Assembly (NCBI RefSeq): GCF_001194135.2
Contig: NC_068990.1
Span: forward strand, 25,625,733-25,657,780
Direction of reading: 5' to 3'
DNA length: 32,048 nt
Origin: Octopus bimaculoides
Taxonomy: Eukaryota
How positions within the stretch are numbered: position 1 is the stretch's first letter; each line of letters starts with the position of its first letter. Below are positions 1 to 10,624 of the stretch, one piece after another. The notes beneath the pieces are model-generated. The model worked only from the letters and a program-made list of their open reading frames with translations. It was not told the origin of the DNA and did no database searches. A program made the position numbers and the translations under genes.

Positions 1-111
1 ATGACAAAATTATTTTATAAATTCAATATTTTCAAAATTAAAACAAAAGCAGTCAACAGAAATATAGCAACAAAAGGTTTCGATAAGTTTTACATTTCCC
101 CCCCACCCACC

Positions 112-352
112 ATCTTTTCATCATTTAACGTCCATTTTCCATGCTGGCATGGGTTGGACGGTTTGACTGAGGGGTGGTAAGCCAGAAGGCTGCACCAGGC
201 TCCAATCCGATCTGTTTCTACAGCTGGATGCCCTTTGTAACGCCAACCAATCCAAGAGTGTAGTGGGTTCTTTGTACGTGCCACCGGCACAGGAATCAGT
301 CACGCAAGCCTGGCATCGATCATGTCTGAATGGTGGTTTTTACATGCTACCG
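112..352 (-). mobile_element. RTE LINE 3' UTR/tail copy
   Basis: Matches the shared tail (ggcatccagctgtagaaac...cccatgccagcatggaaa...gacgttaaatgatga) in reverse. Confidence 0.85.
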
Positions 353-935
353 GAATGTATAACAAGCCAAATAAAAAATTGTACTTACTTTCAGTTAAAG
401 GCATGTGGTCCACGAAAGACGAAGCTGCAGCAGTGACTGGTTCAATAAAGAATATAGTTGGATGCATATTATAGTTGTTCATATATATGACTTTGAATTA
501 CAATATTTGCAACTGCAAGGTTTGTCTGAAATAAAAGTAAGGCCTGGCTATATTATGAAGTTTGCTCCCCAACTACGCTGTTCCATATACAATCTCAGTG
601 CACATATCTTCTACCATGGCCACTTGTAGACAAAATACGTTGGAAATTAAATTTGTCATCAATTGAAACTTGCTTCTATGCATAAATTTCTAATGATATT
701 CAACTCCATAATAGGAGGGAACTCAACAAAACTCAATACATGGATTAGTATGAACGTGTGCTATGAAACAAAATATAAATACCTGAAAGCCGTCACAGAA
801 CCAGAAATACCATAAAAAAGAAAATGGATCTAAAAATTTTCATTCAGCAAAACCAGACAAGAGGAGGGAAAGAGAAAAAAAGAACTTTTGCAAATTTTTA
901 TCATGAAAGGTTTTGAAAAAATTCCCAGCTTCTCT

Positions 936-941
936 TTTATT
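936..941 (-). terminator. Candidate polyadenylation signal AATAAA
   Basis: AATAAA on the minus strand about 105 nt downstream of the stop. Use is not demonstrated. Confidence 0.3.
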
Positions 942-1044
942 TGACTTGGAGCATATTACAAGGCAGTTTATGTCCATGATTGCAAAACAAAATGTCAAAT
1001 TATTTGTCCAATGAATTATTTTATTATGTCTTCTGTTTTGTTGT

Positions 1045-1185
1045 TTATTCTTTTGTAATCTCATCTCCACTGCCATCACCACATTCATCAGAATCCTCAT
1101 CTCCAGACACATCTTGGTTCTGTTCTTCCAAGCGTTCCAAATGTTTGGCCAACTCAAGTTCATCAGTATCGGACACAACTTTAGG
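1045..1185 (-). CDS. EIF2S1: eIF2-alpha, last coding exon (acidic tail, stop TAA)
   Basis: tgcag|[46 protein letters not shown]. Matches the eIF2-alpha C-terminus. Confidence 0.98.
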   Translation of the reverse strand, partial: PKVVSDTDELELAKHLERLEEQNQDVSGDEDSDECGDGSGDEITKE

Positions 1186-1517
1186 CTGCAATTAATAAAG
1201 AAGTTCTTAAGGGTTGAGACAGATACAAGCTAATGTATCAACAGGCATGTTCAAATCCTGGCACTTCCTAACAAGGGCCCATGATATCGTTAAAAAGACT
1301 AAGTCAGAAAATGCTCATAATTCAGTTAATTATTGAGAATATTCTGAAATTATTTATATAGGCACAGACATAGCTGGTTAAGCAATCTGCTTCCCAACAA
1401 TGTGGTTTCCAAGTCAGTCTTACTATGCAGCACCTTGGGCAAGTATCTTCTACCATAATCCCAGGTCGACCAGAGCCTTATGGAAACAGAACGCTTTTAT
1501 TACATACATACATATAT

Positions 1518-1795
1518 CGCATCATCATCGTCGTTGTTTAACGTCTGCTTTCCATGCTGGCATGGGTTGGCAAGCCAGAAGGCTGCACCAGGCTCCAATC
1601 CGATCTGGCAATGTTTCTAAAGCTGGATGCCCTTCCTAATGCCAGCCACTCTGAGAGTGTAGTGGGTGCTTTTTACATGTCACCGGCACGGGAGCCAGTC
1701 AGGTGGCACTGGCAACGATCATACTCGAATCGTACTTTTTACATGCCACTGGCATGGGACCAGTCAGGTGGCACTGGCATCGACCATGCTCCTCC
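1518..1795 (-). mobile_element. RTE LINE 3' UTR/tail copy with 2-3 internal repeat units
   Basis: Same tail family; repeated gccagtcaggtggcactggca units. Confidence 0.85.
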
Positions 1796-2119
1796 CTAAA
1801 TATTTCTGTATGTATATAATAGAGTTTACTGTTCCATTAGAGGTAAGGTCAGCAAAAAAACACTCCATCCAATGAGAGATAAATATCATTTAATATACAC
1901 AATATTTAAATATGAGCTACTAATAGTTTCATGCAATGAAAACACAATAATTCTACAGACTTATATAACATGCCTTATGTCTCCAAGCAATCCTTCAGGG
2001 TCAGAACCATTTGCATTTGAGTCTGAAGGAGTGTTTCAAGTCACAAGGAATGTCATATAAAGTTTTTGCCAAATCACTGCAATTCCATGGCATGAAACTA
2101 TTGGTTCTTATTTAAATAT

Positions 2120-2480
2120 TGTCTTATTTTTTACTTGTCAGTTATTTGACTGTGGCCAAGCTGGGATACCCTCTTGAAGGGTATTAAGCTGAACAAATCA
2201 ATCCTGACGTTTTTTTTTGTTTTTTTAAGCCTGGTATGTATTCTATCAGTCACTTTTGCCAGACCGCTAAGTTATGGTACAAACACAAAGACATGCATAC
2301 ATACAGATACATACACACACAGGCTTCTTTCAGTTTCTGTCTACCAAATCCACTCACAAGGTTTTTGATTGGCACAAAGCTATAGTAGAGTACACTTGCT
2401 CAAGTGTTCCATGCAGTGGGACTGAACTTGGAACCATGTGGTTGGGAAGCAAGCTTCTTACCACACAGCCACGCCTGCAC
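2120..2480 (-). mobile_element. tRNA-headed SINE with CORE-like motif, near full length (family B)
   Basis: Head gtggctgtgtggtaagaagcttgcttcccaaccacatggttccaagttcagtccc followed by gcacttgagcaagtgt (CORE-like tgaccttgggcaagt), microsatellite and tail. Further copies near 1362-1490(+), 8640-8790(-), 15205-15450(-), 18395-18500(-), 19180-19335(-), 19500-19652(-), 21355-21490(+), 22845-22985(+). Confidence 0.8.
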
Positions 2481-3620
2481 CAGTATATTAAATGATATAC
2501 ATACATATACCTGTGTACACCTGCTATGCCAGCATGCATTAGCTGAGTAGCCATTACCAAGTTATATCTCACTGACAGCCACTGGTGCTCATACATGTCG
2601 TTTAACTTGGTTTCTGAAGTTGGATGCTTGTTCTGACACCAAAACCACTTTACAGTGTGCCAGGTGTTTTTTTATGCGGCACCAACAGTAGAGAGAGGGG
2701 TAAATCGTCAACAAGATATGAACTTCACAAGTCTACACTTTCTCTTCCCAGGAGAGAAAGTGATTACAGCAGAAATGCCAGAATGGCTGGGTGGAAGGAG
2801 CAAGAGTATAAATGGAGAGAGAACTCATTAATTTTAATGGATCTGTTTTATATGAAGAACAACTTTAAGCCTTTGAGCCCACAAGTATGCTTTAGCAGGC
2901 AGGGTTTTGTTAGACACAAAAGAGAATGGTCAGAGGATTGTGTTTACAGTTGAAAATAAGGAGGTATAAACACAAAACCATGTTGCTGCCCGTTGTTTGT
3001 GTCTCCCAGGTGTATAAGTCAAATGAAATCATTCCTGTTAAAATATATTCTCAGATTCAAAGGGTTAAATTTCCCATTATCATTCTGTTGTGTCCCCCTG
3101 GTGGTGGTTAGTTATTGTAAGGGAGATAATCATTTCTAGATTAATCATGGCAAGAAAAACGATTGGACTTTTACATCAAAGAGCAATGAAGAGACATTGA
3201 ATATACGTATTTAGTTTTCTTTTTTGTTTGTTTTCCAGTTACGTTGCTTACTCATTACAAAGATCTTTAAAATTTCTAGTCCTGAGATATATTAACTAAT
3301 CTACATTAGACATTTTACGAAATTAAACATTTCTTACAGATGGAAAACAATGAGAATATCATGTCTGTTGTTTTTTACCACCTCATAAAAACAGAACCAG
3401 ACAGCAGGTGCACAAGCCCAGAGCCAACGCCTTGCCTTCAGTCCCAGCAGAGCATGAAAGTGGCACCAAATATTAACCGATAAGCAAAGTGAGCCATGTA
3501 GTCTGATGTAGAATGTTTTGGAGAACAGCATCCAACAGTTGTAACTTCTGATCGAGAAACACAATACCTTCACCTCACCAATTCTATGCAAATCTAAATC
3601 AATATAAACTTCAAACTTAC

Positions 3621-3764
3621 AGCCATTTGCATGTTAAACATCCCTCCCATGCTTTCGATGGCCTGTTGCACAACATTGGTAGCATTTGTGAGAGCACGCA
3701 GGCCATCAGCCTTCTCTAGAGTCTGGGTGGTCATTACATAGAGGGGAGGAGCAATTAAGTTGAT
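3621..3764 (-). CDS. EIF2S1: eIF2-alpha, coding exon 6
   Basis: tttag|INLIAPPLYVMTTQTLEKADGLRALTNATNVVQQAIESMGGMFNMQMA|gtaagt. 144 nt, phase 0 to 0. Confidence 0.98.
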
Positions 3765-3879
3765 CTAAAAAGAAAGAAAGTCAGAAAAACAAATTAATTT
3801 CTTATACCAAAATAATTTTGAAATAAAAAGCAAAAATTGAAAAATCAAATCAAATTTAAGAAGTTCATTGAATTTTTAT

Positions 3880-4270
3880 ATCATCACCACCATCCATCAT
3901 TTTGAATCTGGATTTTGTCCCCGTTAACAGAGGTGGCCGGATCTACCTCAGTGCCATAGCAACCACCTTCACACCATCTCGCCCAGTTTTGAGCGTCCTC
4001 CCTTCTCAAGCTAACCCTCCCAATCTCCTCCTCCAGCTGTCCTCTCCACACTTTCCTCGCTCTATTTCACTTTCGCTGTCCATTTACCTCAAACTCTAAC
4101 ACCCTCTTCAGAACATGCTCCTCATCCCGCCTCAACACATGCCCATACCACCACAATCCATTCACCCTTGCCAGCCGCTCCACTGATTCCTCCAGCCCCA
4201 GCATCTCCATCAAGTCCTCACTCCTCCTCTCATCAAACAGCCTCATTTCCCCAGGAACAGACATGTCTTC
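3880..4270 (-). mobile_element. RTE-like LINE C-terminal fragment, second family
   Basis: RRSEDLMEMLGLEESVERLARVNGLWWYGHVLRRDEEHVLKRVLEFEV..., followed by IRPPLLTG and a GAT-rich end. Confidence 0.8.
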
Positions 4271-4365
4271 ACTGAAGATTGGAAACGAAAGATATTGCTT
4301 GCATTTTGGAGCCTTTTTATAATTATTATGCAACATCAAAGCAAGGAACATGCATATACAGGTAT

Positions 4366-4400
<35 letters not shown>

Positions 4401-4532
4401 GAACCTCTTTCAGTTTCCATCTACCAAATCCTTTCACAAGGTTTTAACTGTTTGGTCGCAAGAATTAGAACTTGAAACCTTTCCTCAACTCAATTCCACC
4501 AGGGAGAAGCTGGGGGAAAGAAAATAGCTTAC

Positions 4533-4630
4533 TTTGATTGGCATTTCTTCTGTTGATAGTTCCAGGCCTTTATTAAGGGCTGCTTTTACAGCATCAACTC
4601 CTTCGTATTTGTAGCAGGCAACTTCAATAT
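4533..4630 (-). CDS. EIF2S1: eIF2-alpha, coding exon 5
   Basis: tttag|(D)[32 protein letters not shown]|gtaagc. 98 nt, phase 1 to 0. Confidence 0.98.
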
Positions 4631-4800
4631 CTAAATAAAATATTGGAAGAGAAATAAATCAGGAAATTGGACCACATCCAAAATTTAGAGAAACAACAGC
4701 ATTAAGATGTGTCAAGGACATGTTGAGCCTTGTCAGTTTATTTAATGCTAGGAGTTGATATAACTAGTAGTAGTAAAAACAAAACAGAAACAAAGTACAG

Positions 4801-4935
4801 TTTTATATTTAAGAGATGAGGAATTATGTACATTATTTACATTTGATGGATATTTATCCTCATCTTGTTTGTTGTTAACACAACATTTCGGCGGATATAC
4901 CCTCCAGCCTTCATCAGGTGTCTTGGGGAAATTTC
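4801..4935 (-). mobile_element. Inverted partial copy of the PLE terminal module (hammerhead plus 3' hairpin)
   Basis: The reverse complement reads gaaatttccccaagacacCTGATGAaggctggagggtatatccgccGAAATgttgtgtt...tcctcatctcttaaatat. Confidence 0.85.
4877..4922 (-). ncRNA. Minimal type I hammerhead ribozyme motif, sense to the EIF2S1 pre-mRNA
   Basis: GACAC-CTGATGA-A-GGCTG-loop-CCGCC-GAAAT-GTT-GTGTT on the minus strand; one mismatch in stem II. Confidence 0.7.
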
Positions 4936-5180
4936 ACTCCATAACTGCCCACGGGCATATGGTGTAGTGGTTAAGAGCGCAGGCTACTAACCCCAAGATT
5001 CCGAGTTCAATTCCAGGCAGTGATCTGAACAACAACAATATCAAAAACTACCTTAGGAATGAGAACCCAGGTTCGAAATTTCCCCAAGACACCTGATGAA
5101 AGCTGGAGGGTATATCAGCTGAAACATTGTGTTAACAACAAACAAGATGAGGACAAATATCTGTCAAATGTAAATAATGT
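4935..5180 (+). mobile_element. Non-coding copy of the PLE terminal module (tRNA-like A/B boxes plus hammerhead)
   Basis: A box TGGTGTAGTGG at 4960-4970, B box GTTCAATTC at 5005-5013, CTGATGA...GAAAC at 5093-5125. Colinear with 17365-17645. Confidence 0.85.
5088..5133 (+). ncRNA. Minimal type I hammerhead ribozyme motif (degenerate copy)
   Basis: Stem I GACAC/GTGTT, core CTGATGA-A, stem II AGCTG/CAGCT with a 10-nt loop, GAAAC, then ATT (ancestral GTT inferred). Confidence 0.7.
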
Positions 5181-5202
5181 AAAAAACAAAGTAAAACACT
5201 AC

Positions 5203-5309
5203 CAGCTCGTATTTTCACAGCTTGGGGTGTCAACCGGCGCTGGATATTTTCAATAAGGACTCTTTTGGTTTCGTCTTCAATGTCACATTCATCCAAAATA
5301 CTAGGGGTT
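5203..5309 (-). CDS. EIF2S1: eIF2-alpha, coding exon 4
   Basis: tacag|A ACC CCT AGT... gives TPSILDECDIEDETKRVLIENIQRRLTPQAVKIRA(D)|gtagtg. 107 nt. The acceptor abuts an N gap, so the 5' boundary is less certain (see findings). Confidence 0.93.
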
Positions 5310-5781
5310 CTGTANNNNNNNNNNNNNNNNNNNNNNNNNNNNNNNNNNNNNNNNNNNNNNNNNNNNNNNNNNNNNNNNNNNNNNGGGTAAAGGACCCCTG
5401 AAAATAATAGAATAACAGAAGAATTCAGATCTGACCAACATTTCTAAAGGAATGGAACCATCAATTACCATTTCCTCCAAGTTTCCTCAAATTTGTTTTT
5501 AAAACAAAATAGGCAAAATGGAGCAATAATACCGCGGTCCGAAAACTATTATCAGAGAAAAAGATGGTATGGCAGTAGCTTTGATCATCCATTACTCTTT
5601 CAGACAAACACCACCAACATGTATCAAAGAAGAAGCCTCTACATGAATGCTTCAACTGCTAGAAATAGTAACCAAGTGATTTCTCCTCATTCTGGTTTTC
5701 AATTTTCATTCTGTTTATTTATTTATTTATTGATAGGTTTTGTAAAATTTTGTCTAGCAAATCGTTTGGCTCCTATGCTAG

Positions 5782-5925
5782 TTACACTCTGTAAAGTGGT
5801 TGGTATTAAGAAGGGTATCCAGCCATAGAAACCATGCCACAGCAGACACTGGAGCAGGATGCAACTCTCAGACCACAAACTATGCCAGCATGGAAGACAG
5901 AAGATATTAGATGAGGATGATTGTG
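5782..5925 (+). mobile_element. RTE LINE tail copy
   Basis: tacactctgtaaagtggttggtattaagaagggtatccagcc...atgccagcatggaa...gatgaggatga. Confidence 0.8.
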
Positions 5926-6019
5926 TCAACAGAGAAAAGAAATGAAAAAGTATATTCGAAGAATGTTAGTGATTCTAGAAATCACGATTGAGAAGAAAAC
6001 AGTGGAAGAATATGCACGT

Positions 6020-6165
6020 GAGAGAGAGACAGAGAGAGAGTGTATGTAAGAGAAAGGGAGTGTGTATGTGAGAGAGAAAGAGTGTGTGTGTAAGAGAGGG
6101 AGAGAGTCTGTGTGTAAGAGAAAGGGAGTATGTGAGAGAGAGAGAGAGAGAGAGTGTGTATGTGT
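6020..6165. repeat. Compound (GA)n/(GT)n microsatellite
   Basis: Direct reading. Other microsatellites: (CA)n ~4366-4398, (CAT)n ~9197-9219, (TG)n ~10951-10974, (TA)n ~12692-12717, (CA)n ~27428-27450, (TA)n ~32013-32048. Confidence 0.95.
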
Positions 6166-6169
6166 GAGG

Positions 6170-6489
6170 AACCTGGCACTCGGTTGGTAACAATGAAGAG
6201 AGAAGCAGATGATTTGATCAACAGAACAACCTGAATGTGAAACTAATGTGCAAGTGGCTGAGCACTCCACAGACATGTGTACCCTTAACATATTTCTCAG
6301 AGACATTCAGCATGACACAGAATGTGACAAAGCTGGTCCCTTTCAAATCTAGGCACAACTCATTTTTGCCAGCTGAGTGGACTGGAGCAGTGTGAAATAA
6401 AGTGACTCGCTCAAGGACACAACGCAGCACCGGAAATTGAACTCGTGAACGGTGGACCAAATACCCCAACCACTAAACCATGCACCTCC
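6170..6489 (-). mobile_element. tRNA-headed SINE, family G
   Basis: A box tggtttagtgg, B box gagttcaattt, then gtgtccttgagcgagtcacttt. A 5'-truncated copy lies at about 28320-28548(+). Confidence 0.75.
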
Positions 6490-6604
6490 ACTAAGGAAAC
6501 CAGTGTATATAGAATGCATAGTCTTTGGTGGCAGTAGAGGATGACATCATTGAATGGCTGGAGGAAACCTAACATAGACTGGAAATGAAAAATGACCGAG
6601 CAGA

Positions 6605-7115
6605 TTAACCCTTTTGATACCAACCTGCCGGACACTGGTTTGGTTCTATGATATAAACTTAATATTTTAAGTCTTTTGTTATTAGGAATCTGTTAAAATA
6701 CACTGAATTTGTTTCAATTAATTTTTAAAATAATGAAGAACTTAGTAAAATAACTTGGTCATTATTAAGCTGGTGTCTGGAACAAAAATCAATATGAAAT
6801 TTTAATGGGAAGTTTTAATTTAATCCATTAGCATTTAAGCCAGCCATATTCAGCTTAAATATTCCATCTGTTTTATGTTCAAACCAGCCAGATCCAGCCT
6901 CTCACACCTACCTTACAATGTCATTCTAAAAATAAACAATCTCATCATAGAAATCTCCAAGATATAAGATAGTGCAAATTCAAAACAATGTGAATAAAGA
7001 AGCATTGTATTTGACATAAGAATCTGAATGCCAAAGGGTTAAATCACTTTAAAACAAGAAGCTTGTATCATAGGGCCAGAGGCAGACTTAGGCAGGTTGA
7101 TGTCAGAACAGTTGA
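6605..7115. mobile_element. Second TTAA/CCCTTT-ended MITE containing a nested MITE at 6820-7042
   Basis: An uninterrupted homolog lies near 13960-14185 and a reverse copy near 9690-9880. Confidence 0.65.
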
Positions 7116-7215
7116 CTGATGTTAAGATGTGTGAGAGGGTTTATCAAACAAGATCCCATGATCTTTTTATAAGAAATGTTGACAAAAATGTAAAATAACT
7201 TAAAACATAACTTAC

Positions 7216-7364
7216 GTGACAGCATGCTTAAAAACATCGTATGAGGCTCCGGGCTTGTTTAGTTTTTCATCAAAGTACCAAGCAGTCTTTTGGTAGAGGT
7301 CAACTAACTGTTCATCATTTGTGTAGCCTAAAATTTCTCCAACATGTCTCAAAATACTGTTAAC
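7216..7364 (-). CDS. EIF2S1: eIF2-alpha, coding exon 3
   Basis: tgtag|[49 protein letters not shown](T)|gtaagt. 149 nt, phase 0 to 2. Confidence 0.98.
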
Positions 7365-7526
7365 CTACAATCAGAGCAACAATAGGCTTAAACAAAGATT
7401 GATATCAACTGCTCTAATAAGCTGTTGTTATTCAAAACAGATCAGAATTAAAAGATGACCCAGAATACTTTGAAGAAACTTTGTCCTATCTCATTGCATA
7501 TCACTTCCTTCTCCTCTGATGGAGGA

Positions 7527-7671
7527 ACGGGCATATGGCGTAGCGGTTAAGAGCGTGGGCTACTAACTCCAAGATTCTGAGTTCGATTCCAGGCTGTGAC
7601 CTGAATAATAATATCAAAAAATACCTTAGGAATGAGAACCCAGGTTCGAAATTTCCCCAAGACACCTGATG
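7527..7671 (+). mobile_element. tRNA-like head of the PLE terminal module, truncated inside the hammerhead core
   Basis: A box TGGCGTAGCGG, B box GTTCGATTC; ends at gacacCTGATG where an RTE fragment begins. Confidence 0.8.
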
Positions 7672-8216
7672 CTCTGCTGAATGTGCAATGTTAATGGGAA
7701 TGTAAGACAGAGTGCAAGTGTCCTAAGAAAAACATTGGGCATAAGAGGTATCAGATGTAGTGTGCAAGAGAGATGACTGTGCTAGTATGTGATGCATATG
7801 GACGAGAACAGCTGCGTAAAGAAGTACTGAACTCTAACTGTGGAGAGAACCTGTAGAAGAGACAAACCGAGGAAGACTTGGGACGAAATGGTGAAATATA
7901 ATCTTTGGTTGTTGAGTATCATGGAGATGATGACAAGTGACCAACACTTTTGGCAATTTGCTGTGCTTGAGAAGATACGTCAAACTCAGTAAAATTGTAA
8001 TCATGGCCAGTGCTGGTGACACATGGAAAGCAGTCATGCCAAAGTCATGTAAAAAGCACCCAGTATACACTGTAGAGTGTTTGGCATTAGGAAGGGCACC
8101 CAGCCGTAGAAACCAGGCCAAGACAGACTGGGGCCTGGTACAGCTCTCTGGCTTACCAGCTCCAGTCGAACCACCCATGCTAGAATGGAAAACGGATGCT
8201 AAATGATGATGATGAT
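7672..8216 (+). mobile_element. RTE-type LINE 3' fragment (decayed ORF C-terminus, 3' UTR, (GAT)n tail)
   Basis: Decayed ...LGIRGIRCSVQER...MDENSCVKK...PRKTWDEMVK runs continuously into the gcattaggaagggcacccagccgtagaaac...cccatgctagaatggaaaacggatgctaaa(tga)n tail. Confidence 0.85.
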
Positions 8217-8243
8217 GGAAAAAAATGAGTCTGTGATGCTTAC

Positions 8244-8323
8244 AGTCTTAGCTTTAGCATATTTCTCTTCACATTTTTCTACTTCTTCAGGGGAAACTCT
8301 TCTTTTGGACAAATCAATGTAAC
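8244..8323 (-). CDS. EIF2S1: eIF2-alpha, coding exon 2
   Basis: ttcag|GT TAC ATT GAT... gives (G)[26 protein letters not shown]|gtaagc. 80 nt, phase 1 to 0, completes the KGYID motif. Confidence 0.98.
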
Positions 8324-10345
8324 CTGAAATTAAAGTAAAAACATTTAGTAGCAAAAGTCAATGTTTTCAAATTACTTAAAATGTTGCTATTCCTGCCTGT
8401 AGAACAAAAAAACACACAGCAGGGGTAAATTTAGCAAAACATTCCTCCAATATTTTCAGGATTGATAGAGTAAATACTACTTAGGAGTGTTAGCAAATAA
8501 CTTAAGTTATCTGCTAGCACTCCTAAGTTAACTTTCCAAATGGATTGGTATCTATTTTCATGGTAAATTGAGTGGAGAGGGGGGGCAATACTATGCAACA
8601 TGTGGTGCATGACAAGACAATAAATTCATACACATGATAGGATTCTTTCAGTTTCTGTCTACCAAATCCATCCATAAGGATTTGATCACTTCAGAACTAT
8701 AGAAGACACTTGACCCAAGGTGCCACTCAGTGGACCTGAACCTGAGACTATATAATTAGGAAGCAAATTTTTTAACCACACAACCACATCCACAAAAGTG
8801 ATTGATATTTCAATTAAAACCTTCCATCATAATTTCATGGAAGAAATTTTTAAGAATGTTCCAAACAGCAGCAAGACAAAAGTAATTTTACGAAATCCAT
8901 CCAAATTCTTGACTACTTTTGAAATGAAATGAGTTGAAACACTCAGGCAGTGGAATCATTGGAAACATGCTTAGAAAATAAGATAACTGACCTAAGTAAA
9001 TATGGATGAAAGCCACAAATGCTCAGTGTTAAGAGAATAAAGACAACACCAACTGAGCAGTCACATGAAGCAGTTGGTAATTTATAAATGAACCAATACC
9101 AAGGCAACGAGATTAAACTCAAATAACAACCTTTGAGATGGATGTACAAGGCGCAGAAAAGTTCATGAACTATGGAATCAATAAGACATTGTCGTCATCA
9201 TCATCATCATCATCATCACACTAAGTAAGTCTTCTACTGTGAACACATCCAAGACAACACAGTTTGAATGAGCCTTTTGTCTACAAAGCTTTCACAATAC
9301 ATGTCAGGCTATGTTAAGAATCCAGGATGTGCTTTTACAGTTGGCAAAAAGCATAGGACATTACCTGTGTCGACAGCATGCTATTTACGGTCAGTGAACA
9401 CATGTGAAAGGAGAGAAACACACACACGACAGGTTACTTCAATTTCTGTCATGGTCATAGAATAGAATGTCAACCAACAATGTTCACACAGTAGGATTGA
9501 AACCCTAACCACATGGTTCCAAAGCAAACTTCCTAACCTCAGAACCACATCTGACTTCTACTGGGTACTTCCTTTTGTTTTCATTTGTATCTTCCTTTTC
9601 ACTTCAGTTTCAATTCTTTGTATTTCATTAAAAAAAGGGGTTGCTTTTAACTTTGCTATTGATAATGTAATTACTGGTAATTTGAGAAAATAAACCCTTT
9701 CGAAACCAATCAATCTGAAATCACCCTTGGATCTATGATTACAACCTCCTTGTTTTAGAATGATCTAAGTTAAACCCTCCCATCAAAATTCCATGTTAAT
9801 TTCAATTCCAATCACCAGCTTAATAATAAGTCCTTTTAATAAATTCTTCATTATTTTTGAAACAGAGGAAGTGTATTTCAATGGAAATATGGTTATGAAA
9901 TGGTTAAATAATTTAGCTCGTTGCTTTAAACTGGGAGGAGTTTTATTACTGTGAAAGAAAATAGTCTATTTTCAAAGTTTGCCTGGTAAATACAGTTAAT
10001 ATGAAAGACATTCCAACACAACAAACGATACACAATAATAGATTTTTGTGTTGACAGTACAATTAGTTTATTTGTTTTTTACTTCCTTGTTCCACTAAGA
10101 TTACAGGTTTTTATTTGTTACTATACCAACCACTGACTTTTATGTCTGTATTTTGTACAACATGAATGACCTGTGTTTGATAAACTTATGCCTACCTCTA
10201 CATTACTTTCAATATAATCTTCATAAACACAACAAACCTACCTTAAGTCCTGTCTAACAACTAGCTACAATTTCTGACTTCTTGTTAAAAACAAAAACAT
10301 CTCTACAGCTGGAAGAGCATTTAAATAGACTGGAACAAGCAGTGC

Positions 10346-10561
10346 TTAAGCCTTTGGCATTTAAACCAGCCATATCTGACCTAAATATTTTGTACAAACT
10401 GGATACATCTGAACTATCACACCGACTCTACAATGTCATTCTAAAAATAACAATCCCTTCATCAAAATTTCAAAGCAACAAGATAATGCAGGATTAATTC
10501 AAAACAATGTGAATAAATAAGCATTGCATTTGACAGAGTAATCTGAATGCTAAAGGATTAA
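10346..10561. mobile_element. TTAA-flanked piggyBac-like MITE (~210 bp)
   Basis: TTAA|GCCTTTGGCATT...AATGCTAAAGGA|TTAA. Homologous copies at 15998-16207 and 6820-7042. Confidence 0.75.
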
Positions 10562-10624
10562 TGTTTCTTGCTTAATATAGACAAAGGTCAATAGATCATA
10601 ATCTTAATTTCAAAGCCTGGTAAC

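Noticed and set aside
400-630. Plus-strand exon of a convergent neighbouring gene
   Set aside because: Frames close quickly and I see no homology; more simply EIF2S1 3' UTR or downstream sequence.
840-1178. 112-aa ORF
   Set aside because: Alternative frame overlapping the true last EIF2S1 exon and its 3' UTR.
4953-5025. Functional tRNA gene (also at 7529 and 17550-17623)
   Set aside because: A and B boxes are good, but the acceptor, anticodon and T stems do not pair properly, there is no TTTT terminator, and the sequence is embedded in a repeated element.
5490-5700. Possible snoRNA or ORF (5493-5828) in the intron
   Set aside because: Only partial box motifs; the ORF has no recognisable homology or splice support.
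5926-6306. 126-aa and overlapping ORFs rich in H/T/L/S
   Set aside because: Translation of a (GA)/(GT) microsatellite and SINE sequence.
7440-7510. Intronic C/D box snoRNA (CTGA about 77 nt upstream of the 7365 acceptor)
   Set aside because: The position is suitable, but there is no canonical RTGATGA, no terminal stem and no rRNA complementarity I can recognise. A snoscan/snoReport run would settle it.
9015-9065. Hairpin tgctcagt...actgagca as a pre-miRNA
   Set aside because: The stem is too short and interrupted for a miRNA precursor, and there is no other support.
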